Both the position numbers and the translations under genes were made by a program. Under the pieces are notes generated by a model that ran no database searches, had not been told where the DNA came from, and was given only the letters and a program-made list of their open reading frames with translations. From Candidatus Woesearchaeota archaeon (GTDB lineage: Archaea; Nanobdellota; Nanobdellia; Pacearchaeales; GW2011-AR1): DNA of 29,380 nt. Location: contig CAZHYK010000002.1 of NCBI GenBank assembly GCA_964536715.1, positions 1 through 29,380 of the forward strand, given 5' to 3'. This document shows positions 1 to 8,440 of the stretch, piece by piece. Positions within the stretch are counted from its first letter, which is position 1, and the number at the start of each line of letters is the position of its first letter.

Positions 1-28
1 ATAAAACATAAATGCTTTTAAGTCTTGG

Positions 29-598
29 ATGTTAGATATGAATATGATAACTTATAATGATATGTATGAGGCTTTGAGAAAAGAAAGATATTCGGATGAG
101 CTTCAAGTTTTACCGAAGGATTTTGTATCCAATGTTGCAGAATATTTTAGCGATAAGAAGGAAACTATGGATGTAAAGGATGATTTTTTTTCAGAGGCTA
201 CTATAAAGAATAAGAAAAAACTTGAAAATGCTATTTCTATATTTAAGGAGTTAATTTCTAGAAGAAAGAAGAAAATTCTAAATCTTGCTTTTGTAGCTTC
301 TGAAACTGGAATTTCTAAGAGGGATTTTGCGAATATGTTGGCTTTTGAAAAGGAACTTTTTGAATCTACAGTTAGAGCTTTAGAAAAAACCGAACAAAAT
401 TTAAATGATAATATGGCTGGAGGTAAGGTGGAAGATAAATTTTTGCTAGTTAGGTTTTTAGATTCTGTAGATTCTTTTTTAAATTTGGAAGGAGAGGAAA
501 TAGGACCATTTGGAAAAGGAGAGATTGCGAATATAGATAGGGAGATTGTTGAAATCTTGGAGAAAGATGGGAAGGTTGAAATTTTAGAAGAGGATTAG
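29..598 (+). CDS. gins51: DNA replication GINS complex subunit (Gins51/GINS15 type)
   Basis: N-terminal 'Y..L..ER....LQ.LP.DF' helical A domain, central 'RRKKKILNLA', and C-terminal B domain 'VRFL....F....G...GPF.KGE...I...I..IL...G.VE'. Start could be ATG 41. Confidence 0.75.
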   Translation: MLDMNMITYNDMYEALRKERYSDELQVLPKDFVSNVAEYFSDKKETMDVKDDFFSEATIKNKKKLENAISIFKELISRRKKKILNLAFVASETGISKRDFANMLAFEKELFESTVRALEKTEQNLNDNMAGGKVEDKFLLVRFLDSVDSFLNLEGEEIGPFGKGEIANIDREIVEILEKDGKVEILEED

Positions 599-619
599 AT
601 TTAAATAGTATTATTTTCT

Positions 620-883
620 ATGTTTAATATGAAAAAGGTGCTAGGTTATATTTCGGTGATATTAGGATTTGTATTAGTCGCTATTCCCAAAATTCCTACA
701 GTTTTTAGCAAGCTATCTTTTTTACCTAAATTTATTTTAGGATATTTAGTCTATATTGGAATCGGATTGATTGTTTTGGGAATTATATTTATATCTTTTT
801 TAAAAGAGCCTATAAAATCCAAACAAGCTGTAGAGGTTCCAATCTATAAGGGAAAACAAATTGTAGGATATAGGAGAGCATAA
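620..883 (+). CDS. Small hypothetical membrane protein (2 TM) with soluble tail VEVPIYKGKQIVGYRR
   Basis: Two hydrophobic segments; stop overlaps the next ATG by 1 nt (TAATG). Confidence 0.7.
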   Translation: MFNMKKVLGYISVILGFVLVAIPKIPTVFSKLSFLPKFILGYLVYIGIGLIVLGIIFISFLKEPIKSKQAVEVPIYKGKQIVGYRRA

Positions 884-1467
884 TGAGAATTGGAAATTTT
901 TATTTTAACTCTCCTCAAGATTTATTGAGAAATGAATGGGTTTTATTTTTAGGAATTTTTTTATTAACTTTTGCAGTAGTTTACTATTCAATTAGTAAAT
1001 TTTTTGGAAGTAAAGAAAAGGCGGATTGGAGAGGAATAATAGAGGGGAAAAAGGATAAGTTTGTAGTACATCCTGTAGCAATGATTATTTCTATAGTGAT
1101 TGCATTTTTTACAGCGGCAAGTATTTCTCGCTATGGTCCTTTTTATGATTATTTTTCGACAGTTTTAGGAGCTTGGATGTTGCTTTTCGTACTCATAGTA
1201 ATGTTTATTCTAAGTCTGCCTTTTTTTAAGGCTTTAAAGTCTGCAACAGGGGATACGTGGTATGCCGGTGCTATTTTTGGAGGGGTGCTTGCAGTAGCTT
1301 ATTGGTTTTTTTTCAAATCTTATTTATTCTATGAATCTTTTTCACACTCATTTAGCGGTTGGAGTTACTCATTTCATATCTTTTTAATTTCCCCTGGAGG
1401 ATTAACTCTATTAATAATTTTATTTGGAATACTGGGTGCGATTTTACCTACTAAGAAAAGAATTTAA
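883..1467 (+). CDS. Hypothetical multi-pass membrane protein
   Basis: About 5 hydrophobic segments; translationally coupled to the upstream ORF. Confidence 0.75.
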   Translation: MRIGNFYFNSPQDLLRNEWVLFLGIFLLTFAVVYYSISKFFGSKEKADWRGIIEGKKDKFVVHPVAMIISIVIAFFTAASISRYGPFYDYFSTVLGAWMLLFVLIVMFILSLPFFKALKSATGDTWYAGAIFGGVLAVAYWFFFKSYLFYESFSHSFSGWSYSFHIFLISPGGLTLLIILFGILGAILPTKKRI

Positions 1468-1570
1468 TACATAATAACAATCCTTTTAAACTTCATTTTC
1501 CTTGAGAAAGCATGATAATTAAATATATCTCGGATGAGATTTAAATTGAAAGGGGGTTAATCTTATAGAT

Positions 1571-2227
1571 ATGAGTGAAAATAAAAAACCAAATTATTTT
1601 TTTATACTTTTTGGAATCTTAGCATTTATTGGAGTTCTAATTTTAATGGCTTTTTCTACTCGTTGGATGATTTCTCAATGGGGAGAATTAGGAAAACCAG
1701 ATGGAACAGTACCTCTATCAAATCCTGTAAGGATTCCCTCTTCTTGGAAGTTAGGAGGGTTTGGACGAGGACTTGAATCAACTCTTAATTGGATATTTGC
1801 TCCTGACGGTTCTTCACTTACTTGGCAAATGCTATTATTACAGGTAATAATCCTGATAATATTTGGGGTCTCGTTTAGTGATATCTTGACTCAATTTAGC
1901 ACGTTCAGAGAACGTACGGCAAGTTTACTTGGATGGTTATTAGCGGCTATAGCTGCTCTTACTGGAATGGTGCGGTTTACAATGGTATGGCTAGGTCTTA
2001 CAGCAGGAATCGGAGCTATAGGGATAGGAATTATATTTGTAAATGCGATTGTAGTCTTTGTTTTGATGAATCTATTTATAGGAAATAGAGCTATAAAATC
2101 TATGAAGAGTGCTAGAGATTTAAGAGAAATACAGAGTAAGGCAAGAAGTACTAAAAATGCATTTGCTGGAGCTAGGGCCACTGTAGATGCTATAAACAGG
2201 GGCAATGCCGAAGGAGCAAGAAGTTAA
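1571..2227 (+). CDS. Hypothetical multi-pass membrane protein
   Basis: Hydrophobic helices and a basic C-terminal tail; shares a motif with 2308..3018. Confidence 0.75.
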   Translation: MSENKKPNYFFILFGILAFIGVLILMAFSTRWMISQWGELGKPDGTVPLSNPVRIPSSWKLGGFGRGLESTLNWIFAPDGSSLTWQMLLLQVIILIIFGVSFSDILTQFSTFRERTASLLGWLLAAIAALTGMVRFTMVWLGLTAGIGAIGIGIIFVNAIVVFVLMNLFIGNRAIKSMKSARDLREIQSKARSTKNAFAGARATVDAINRGNAEGARS

Positions 2228-2307
2228 TTAATTTTTTATTTTTTTATTTAGAATAGTTTCTATAAAATTCTAGAAACTCTTATAAACTTCTTTATCTAAA
2301 AAATTTT

Positions 2308-3018
2308 ATGTTAAAAAGAAGTGTTACAATTATATTAGGGATTTTATTAGTTCTAATGATTATCCCTATTGCTCTTGCAGATAATCCTTTAGATGGATTA
2401 GTTGATCAGATAGAGGATGCAAAGAATAAAGTAGATAATACTACTGAGCAAATTCAAAAACTATCTCGAGAGGATGTCAAATGGCAAGAACTGGGAGATA
2501 GATTTCAGGAAATAATCCTAAGAAATAAAGTAGTTTCTACAATAGATGAATTTTTAAAAAAAATAAATATTCTATTTGTTATCTTATTTGGAAGAGATTA
2601 TGCTCTTTCCTTAACTCTTCTTTTTTTAATATTTATTTGGTTATATTTTTTTAATCAGTTTGGAAAAATTATTGAAACTTTTTCTATGTTTAGTTCAATG
2701 ACTTCTACAGTTATTTCTCTAGGGATTGTAATCATTATGGCTCAATTAAAATTTTTTGATTGGCTCTCGCAAGTTCTATTTAAATTAATATTTTATAGGG
2801 ATGGAGCCTGGGGTTGGGTTTGGAACATTGCCTTCTTTTTTGTAGCAATATTTGTTGGAATGGTATTTGGAAGATTTTTTACTAGTTTGAAGAAGTCAGT
2901 TAGGAAATTTAGAGAAGAGGCAGATAGGAGGGCTGCGCTAGGAGAAGATGATCAAAGAAGGAAGATGTTAGATGTGTATATAGATGCTTTCAAGGGAATA
3001 TTTTCTTCAAAAGAATAG
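2308..3018 (+). CDS. Hypothetical membrane protein with N-terminal signal/anchor, coiled-coil segment and 3-4 TM helices
   Basis: Signal-like N-terminus ending IALA-D; TATA-like CTTATAAA at 2279-2286 upstream. Confidence 0.75.
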   Translation: MLKRSVTIILGILLVLMIIPIALADNPLDGLVDQIEDAKNKVDNTTEQIQKLSREDVKWQELGDRFQEIILRNKVVSTIDEFLKKINILFVILFGRDYALSLTLLFLIFIWLYFFNQFGKIIETFSMFSSMTSTVISLGIVIIMAQLKFFDWLSQVLFKLIFYRDGAWGWVWNIAFFFVAIFVGMVFGRFFTSLKKSVRKFREEADRRAALGEDDQRRKMLDVYIDAFKGIFSSKE

Positions 3019-3048
3019 GTTTATTAACTAGCATAAATTGGTTAAACT

Positions 3049-3279
3049 ATGGATAATATTAGTAAAATAATTTCGGGAGCAGCTTTTTTATTTTTCGGAT
3101 TTAGCTTCGGATATTCTTCGTTTCAACAAACAGAAGATTTTTGGACTTTCTTAGTCCTTGGAGCTATATTCGTTCTTTTAGGGATTTTTATTTTATTTAA
3201 TAAAAACGAGGATAGAATAGAGGCGATAAAAAAGTCTTCAAAATCTTCAAAATCTAAAAAGAAGGTAAAGAGAAAATGA
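3049..3279 (+). CDS. Small hypothetical membrane protein (2 TM, Lys/Ser-rich tail)
   Basis: Two hydrophobic helices; ATGA overlap with ybjQ. Confidence 0.65.
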   Translation: MDNISKIISGAAFLFFGFSFGYSSFQQTEDFWTFLVLGAIFVLLGIFILFNKNEDRIEAIKKSSKSSKSKKKVKRK

Positions 3280-3602
3280 ACTCTAAAATAATTTTAACGA
3301 CGACAGAAAAAGTTCCGAAGAAAGAGATTGTGAAAATTTTAGGAGTTGTTCGAGGGAGTACAGTTAGAGCAAGAAATATCGGAAGAGATATTTCTGCAGG
3401 ATTTAAAAATATTGTCGGTGGAGAGATAAAAACCTATACTGAATTGACAGAACAATCTCGAGATGAAGCATTTAATCGGATGGTAAATCAGGCAATAGAT
3501 TTAGGTGCAGATGCCGTTGTCGGAATTAGGTTTATGACTTCGGTTGTTATGCAAGGAGCTTCTGAAATGTTGGCTTTCGGTACTGCAGTAAAATTGAAAT
3601 GA
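3276..3602 (+). CDS. ybjQ: YbjQ/UPF0145 family protein (putative heavy-metal-binding)
   Basis: Family motifs 'GVVRGSTVRARNIGRDI.AG.K.IVGGE...YTEL....R.EA..RM...A..LGADAVVG.RF' and 'GTAVK'. Confidence 0.93.
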   Translation: MNSKIILTTTEKVPKKEIVKILGVVRGSTVRARNIGRDISAGFKNIVGGEIKTYTELTEQSRDEAFNRMVNQAIDLGADAVVGIRFMTSVVMQGASEMLAFGTAVKLK

Positions 3603-3693
3603 GCCAAATGCAGCTACAGAAAAAGAGGACCTTTTTCTATCCTTCCAAAATTTACATTTTGAAAGTTTCGGTACTGCGGTAAAATTGAAGTGA
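3575..3693 (+). repeat. 28-bp direct repeat of the ybjQ 3' end (3575-3602 and 3666-3693) flanking a 63-bp spacer with a hairpin
   Basis: TTTCGGTACTGCAGTAAAATTGAAATGA vs TTTCGGTACTGCGGTAAAATTGAAGTGA (26/28). The spacer holds AGAAAAAG-aggac-CTTTTTCT. Confidence 0.9.
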
Positions 3694-3722
3694 TAAAAAT
3701 AAACTTATAGAAAACTTGTTAA

Positions 3723-3911
3723 TTATTTTTCTTGAGCATCGACAATATTTGATTCTGCTTTTTCCAGTTCAAATTGTCCTTTGATTAGTGCTTTAGTTTT
3801 GGTAGGAGTACAATCTTCTCTGTCCTCGCATTTTTTGGATTCTTCATTTAATAATTGTTGAGCGATTTTTACGTGCTCTTCTGCCAATTCTAATGTCTCA
3901 TTTTTTCCCAT
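3723..3911 (-). CDS. Small hypothetical helical protein
   Basis: 62-aa ORF with ATG, same strand as and downstream of sdo1; no recognisable motif. Confidence 0.5.
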   Translation of the reverse strand: MGKNETLELAEEHVKIAQQLLNEESKKCEDREDCTPTKTKALIKGQFELEKAESNIVDAQEK

Positions 3912-3958
3912 ATTTAGACTATACTTTTATGCTATTTAAATGTTTAGTAGAAATAAAA

Positions 3959-4627
3959 TTACTTTAGTTCTTCAGCGATAGCAGATCCCTGAGTTATGCT
4001 ATTCAATTTATCGTAAAAATCTAGAATCATTCCTGCAGGGATTTTAACGGTAATTACCAAGTCCCCATTAGATAGCCATTCTTCCTCGTCTCTAAATTCG
4101 GTTAAAAAACCATAAGATTTTCCCGTATGTTGTGCGGGCACAGTAATTTTAATTCTTTTAGTGTCAATTTTTATAGGTATAATTTTTTGGATTGAACTGA
4201 CAATTTCATCAATTTGACTTTCTATGGATTTATTTTTTACATTAACTTTTGCCTCTTTCAATACAGTCATAATTCTATCCGGAGTGTAGGGTCTTCCTTC
4301 TGGAGAGATTGCATTCTTTACAAGAAAATCTACAATCTGCTTATATTTTTTTTCTGATTGTTCGTTAATATATTCTGTTGGTAGAACCACTTCTCCTGAA
4401 CGAATTATTTTTTCAGCAACACCATATAATTCCGAGGTTCCAAATTCAACTTCTAAGATATCTTTCCCAGCATGTTCTCCAGATTTTAAATTTGTAAAAA
4501 TATTATCTGTCAAAACAGCAGAAGAAATATCTCCCTCTCCTCTTCTAACTTTTAAAGCTTCATCTAAATCAACTAAAATTTCAAAATTATTTTTTCCCTT
4601 TCTTATTCTTGCTATTGTTTGTACCAT
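3959..4627 (-). CDS. sdo1: Ribosome maturation protein SBDS/Sdo1
   Basis: 'ARI.KG...FEILVD' N-terminus, 'I...GE..L..E.....E.K.KQI...L..NAI.P.G.PY.P.RI'; follows psmA as in the conserved archaeal superoperon. Confidence 0.92.
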   Translation of the reverse strand: MVQTIARIRKGKNNFEILVDLDEALKVRRGEGDISSAVLTDNIFTNLKSGEHAGKDILEVEFGTSELYGVAEKIIRSGEVVLPTEYINEQSEKKYKQIVDFLVKNAISPEGRPYTPDRIMTVLKEAKVNVKNKSIESQIDEIVSSIQKIIPIKIDTKRIKITVPAQHTGKSYGFLTEFRDEEEWLSNGDLVITVKIPAGMILDFYDKLNSITQGSAIAEELK

Positions 4628-4637
4628 TTGAATCTAA

Positions 4638-5333
4638 TTAAAAGTTTGATCCACTTTTCTTTTCAATTTTCTTATCTTTTTTTAAAACTCCAATATCAAA
4701 TCTACCCTTATCAAAGTTATCTCCCTTCACTTCAGAGAATATCTTCAATGCTAGTTTTATTCCTTCTTCACAACTCAAACTTTCATTATATTCACCTCTT
4801 AATTTCTCTTTTATTTTTTCATCATCTTCTCCGATGGCATTTGCCTTATATTGAAGATAATTTCCGGTAACTTCCGTAGTGTAAAGTTCTGGTTTTCCGT
4901 TAATTCCTGCGACCATTAATGAAACTCCGAAAGGTCTTGCTCCTCCATATTGAGTAAATTGTTGTTTTATATCTGCAATCTCTCTAACAATAGATTCGGT
5001 GGTTGCAGGAGAATCATAGGTTACTCTATTTTGTTGTGCGAGAACTCTTGCCTTATCTATCAGAACTCTACAATCGGAAACTACTCCTGCTCCGACAGCC
5101 ATAATATGTTCATCAATTTCAAAAATTTTATTTGCAGATTCTTCTATCACAAGTTTATCTTTATGTCTTCTATCTGAGATAATTATTACTCCATCTTTAC
5201 AAACCATTCCGATAGATGATCCTCCAAGTCTTATTGTTTTTTCAGCATATTCAACTTGTAAAATTCTTCCATCTGGAGCAAACATTGTTGCTGCTCTGTC
5301 ATAACCCATTGTTTGATGTTGTATATCTTCCAT
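4638..5333 (-). CDS. psmA: 20S proteasome subunit alpha
   Basis: 'GYDRAATMFAPDGRILQVEYA' and 'GGARPFGVSLMVAG' signatures. Confidence 0.97.
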   Translation of the reverse strand: MEDIQHQTMGYDRAATMFAPDGRILQVEYAEKTIRLGGSSIGMVCKDGVIIISDRRHKDKLVIEESANKIFEIDEHIMAVGAGVVSDCRVLIDKARVLAQQNRVTYDSPATTESIVREIADIKQQFTQYGGARPFGVSLMVAGINGKPELYTTEVTGNYLQYKANAIGEDDEKIKEKLRGEYNESLSCEEGIKLALKIFSEVKGDNFDKGRFDIGVLKKDKKIEKKSGSNF

Positions 5334-5334
5334 T

Positions 5335-5664
5335 TTAGCCCTTATATAAATCCGGGTTAGTTTTTAAGTCTTTCTTTGTTTTTAAACCTTTAATTGTTCC
5401 TGAAACTCTTAAAACTTTTATATTTGCAAAAACGAGAGAGGCAAGAATGTCGTTTAATTCCTCTCGTAAACAGGATCCTATAATTCCTTCATTCCACTCA
5501 TCAACGAATAAGTAGGCAGATTTTGCCATTCCTAAAATACCTACATAATCTAAAATTGCTTTTTCTATCTTTTCTTTTTTCTTCTCTTTAACGAAAAAAT
5601 ATCTCCGATTATCTCTTGCGGAGGGTTTGAGTTTTAATTTTTTTAATTTAGCCATGGAATTCAT
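5335..5664 (-). CDS. pop5: RNase P protein component, Rpp14/Pop5 family
   Basis: 'LKPS.R...RY', 'G..G.A', 'VLRVSGTIK'; sits directly upstream of psmA. Start may be ATG 5655. Confidence 0.85.
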   Translation of the reverse strand: MNSMAKLKKLKLKPSARDNRRYFFVKEKKKEKIEKAILDYVGILGMAKSAYLFVDEWNEGIIGSCLREELNDILASLVFANIKVLRVSGTIKGLKTKKDLKTNPDLYKG

Positions 5665-5732
5665 ATGTTTAAGGAATATAAAAATCTTTCTTATTAAAGA
5701 ACATTTAAAAACTCTAATTAACTTTTTAATTT

Positions 5733-7064
5733 ATGAAAATTCATGCAGTTGGAGGTTATTCAGAGGTCGGTAAAAATATGTCTGTTCTTGAAATCGGAGA
5801 GGATGCATTTATCTTTGACGAGGGATTCTATTTACCTGCAATAGTTGAATTACAGGAAAAAGAGAATTCTCGATATACAGAATCTAAACTTAGGAATGTT
5901 AAGGCAATTCCAGATGATTTAACAATAGATTCTATCCGGCATAAAATTAGGGCTCAGATGATTGGTCATGCTCATTTAGATCATGTTGGGGCTGTTCCTT
6001 ACCTCTCAGATAGATACAAGGCTCCAATATATGGGACTCCTTTTACAAATGCTATTTTAGATTCTTTGTTAAAAGATGAAGGTCATTATTTAAATAATTC
6101 TATAAAAACAATTCAGCCAAATAGTTCCTTTTATATTCAAGGGAAGAATAAAAAATATCTTGCAGAATTTATTAACATTACTCACTCAACTCCTCAAACA
6201 AGTATGATTGCTATTCATACAGATGAAGGAGTTTTGATTTATGCAAATGACTTTAAGCTAGATGATACTCCTGTGTTAGGTTTAAAACCAAACTATGATA
6301 AACTGAGAGAGCTTGCTAAAGAGGGGATTAAGGCAATTATTATAGATTCTCTTTATTCAGGATCTGATAGAAAAACTCCTTCGGAGGATATTGCAAGAAG
6401 TTTATTAAAAGATGTTATATTTAGAATTAACGAAGATAATTCTGTAATCTTTGTAACTACATTTTCTTCACATATTGCTAGATTGAAGAGTATTGTTGAA
6501 TTTGGAAAGAAGGTAAATCGTGAGGTGATTTTTTTAGGAAGGAGTTTGAATAAATATTCTTCTGCAGCAAGGGATGTGGGAATTGCTCCTTTTCTTAAGG
6601 ATGTTAAATTCTGCACTTATAGAAAACAACTTGAGAGAGCATTAAGTCAGGTAACCAAAAAGAGGAAGAAATATCTTGTAGTTTGTACAGGGCATCAGGG
6701 AGAACCAGGTTCTATTCTTGAAAGAATTTCTAGAAATCAATTACCTTTTAGATTTGAGAAAAACGATAATCTAATTTTTTCATCAAGTGTTATTCCTACT
6801 GAAGTTAATGAAATGAATTTTCAAAGAATGGAGGAGAAATTAAAGAAGAGAAAGATGAGAATTTTTAAAGATATCCATGTTTCAGGCCATGGGGGAAGGG
6901 AAGATTTAAGAGAGATTATTCAAATTTTAAATCCTGAACATGTAATCCCCTCTCATGGAGAGGAGGAAAAGACTAAACCAATGGTTGACCTAGCAATTGA
7001 CATGGGATATAAAGCTTCTAAACAAACCCATTTATTGTCTAATGGAGTTAGTATAATAATATGA
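5733..7064 (+). CDS. rnj: Ribonuclease J (MBL/beta-CASP)
   Basis: 'GGYSEVGKNM', HxHxDH (HAHLDH), 'THS.P', 'TG.QGEP', 'HVSGH', 'P.HG' motifs. Confidence 0.95.
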   Translation: MKIHAVGGYSEVGKNMSVLEIGEDAFIFDEGFYLPAIVELQEKENSRYTESKLRNVKAIPDDLTIDSIRHKIRAQMIGHAHLDHVGAVPYLSDRYKAPIYGTPFTNAILDSLLKDEGHYLNNSIKTIQPNSSFYIQGKNKKYLAEFINITHSTPQTSMIAIHTDEGVLIYANDFKLDDTPVLGLKPNYDKLRELAKEGIKAIIIDSLYSGSDRKTPSEDIARSLLKDVIFRINEDNSVIFVTTFSSHIARLKSIVEFGKKVNREVIFLGRSLNKYSSAARDVGIAPFLKDVKFCTYRKQLERALSQVTKKRKKYLVVCTGHQGEPGSILERISRNQLPFRFEKNDNLIFSSSVIPTEVNEMNFQRMEEKLKKRKMRIFKDIHVSGHGGREDLREIIQILNPEHVIPSHGEEEKTKPMVDLAIDMGYKASKQTHLLSNGVSIII

Positions 7065-7408
7065 ATGAATTAACAGGTGCATTTATCAGGGCTAGAGAAA
7101 GGGGAGAAAACTCCAATATAACTCGTCAGAGTTTAGCAAATGCAGGATATACAATTCCAGAAATTGAGGAGGCATATAGAGAGTCAACTCAGATACTTTC
7201 ATCTCCCATTTCGATCATATCGACAACACAAAAAGGAGGAAATAAGAAGGCAAAGCTCTTATGGTTGTTGTTATCTTTTCTAATTATTGTTTTGGCTGGA
7301 GCTTCTTTAATTATGTTTTTAAACCATAGGGAGGGGACGGATGTATTCTCCACAAGAGGATTCTCTGTTATTTCAGAGTTTCTTAGAGGATTATTTAAAA
7401 AAAATTAA
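7061..7408 (+). CDS. Hypothetical protein: small N-terminal helical domain plus one TM helix
   Basis: 'FI..A..RGE....I...L.NAGY...EI.EA' helical pattern, then a hydrophobic helix; ATGA-coupled to rnj. Confidence 0.65.
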   Translation: MNELTGAFIRARERGENSNITRQSLANAGYTIPEIEEAYRESTQILSSPISIISTTQKGGNKKAKLLWLLLSFLIIVLAGASLIMFLNHREGTDVFSTRGFSVISEFLRGLFKKN

Positions 7409-7877
7409 AATTCCAAATAGATTTTCTATATTAGATATGGGTTCGGGTAGTGGAATATTAGCGGAAACTTGCTCAGAATTTATTTCTAAAAAAGATATTG
7501 TTTGTGTAGACATTCAGTATGACCGTGTTAAAGATTTGAGAGCAAAAGGATTTCCTTCTATAAAATCAAATTTGTTTAGGGAAGTTCCTAGAGACAACAA
7601 TTATGACTTAATTTTATTTAATGCACCTTATCTTCCGGAGGATAAGAGAGAAGATAAACAAAGCAGGATTGAGACTACGGGAGGAAAAAGAGGAGATGAA
7701 ATTTCTTTAAGGTTTCTTAGAAGTGCAAGAAATTTTTTAAAACCATGTGGAAAAATTCTTTTATTAATTTCTTCTCTAACTCCTATGGAACGGATTGAAA
7801 AATTTAATCCTAAAATTGTTTCTAGAAAAAAATTATTTATGGAAGAATTATTGATTTTAGAATTTACGAAGGATTAG
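7341..7877 (+). CDS. HemK2/PrmC-like SAM-dependent N5-glutamine methyltransferase
   Basis: 'Y.P.EDS.L' start, 'LDMGSGSG' motif I, 'FNAPYLP' (NPPY variant), 'GG..G.E'. Confidence 0.9.
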   Translation: MYSPQEDSLLFQSFLEDYLKKIKIPNRFSILDMGSGSGILAETCSEFISKKDIVCVDIQYDRVKDLRAKGFPSIKSNLFREVPRDNNYDLILFNAPYLPEDKREDKQSRIETTGGKRGDEISLRFLRSARNFLKPCGKILLLISSLTPMERIEKFNPKIVSRKKLFMEELLILEFTKD

Positions 7878-8410
7878 TTTTTATTTTTAAGAAATTTCCA
7901 AATTATTCCTGCTACAAATCCGATAGTAACAATCAAAATAATATAGTTGGAGATAGTTTCTTTAAATGAGAATAATGCAATTTTCAGTGCATAGATTCCT
8001 GAAATAAATATTACAAAATAAAATAAATATTTGGATAAAAACTCTTCTTCATTTATATTAAATTCCTTAACTATTCCCTCTAGATATTTTCCGATAGTAA
8101 ATCCTAAAACAATCAGAATTATAGATCCTAAGAAAAATGGAATTGTCAATAAAATATTACTCAAAAAATCTGTAATGTTGGGAATGTCTAATCTAGAGAG
8201 AGATATGCTTATGAAAACTAGATATATACTCCATCTCACTAATGTAATTATCAATTCTATGAAACTAGGTCTAATCTTTTTATTAAATTCTGTTTTTTCT
8301 ATAATTTTATTTAAAAGGTAAGTTACAATCTTTCCTAGAAAAATTCCTAAAATTAAGATAGATACTGCAAAAATTATTTTTAACAAGTCACTATTAGATA
8401 AAATATCCAT
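7874..8410 (-). CDS. Conserved TM-helix membrane protein related to the MscS transmembrane region, no cytoplasmic cage
   Basis: Repeated 'A..IL.LG..LG..V..L' and 'GSII LIVLG..IG..L' helices. Confidence 0.65.
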   Translation of the reverse strand: MDILSNSDLLKIIFAVSILILGIFLGKIVTYLLNKIIEKTEFNKKIRPSFIELIITLVRWSIYLVFISISLSRLDIPNITDFLSNILLTIPFFLGSIILIVLGFTIGKYLEGIVKEFNINEEEFLSKYLFYFVIFISGIYALKIALFSFKETISNYIILIVTIGFVAGIIWKFLKNKN

Positions 8411-8440
8411 ATATGTATATAGTATGATTGGTTTAAAAGA

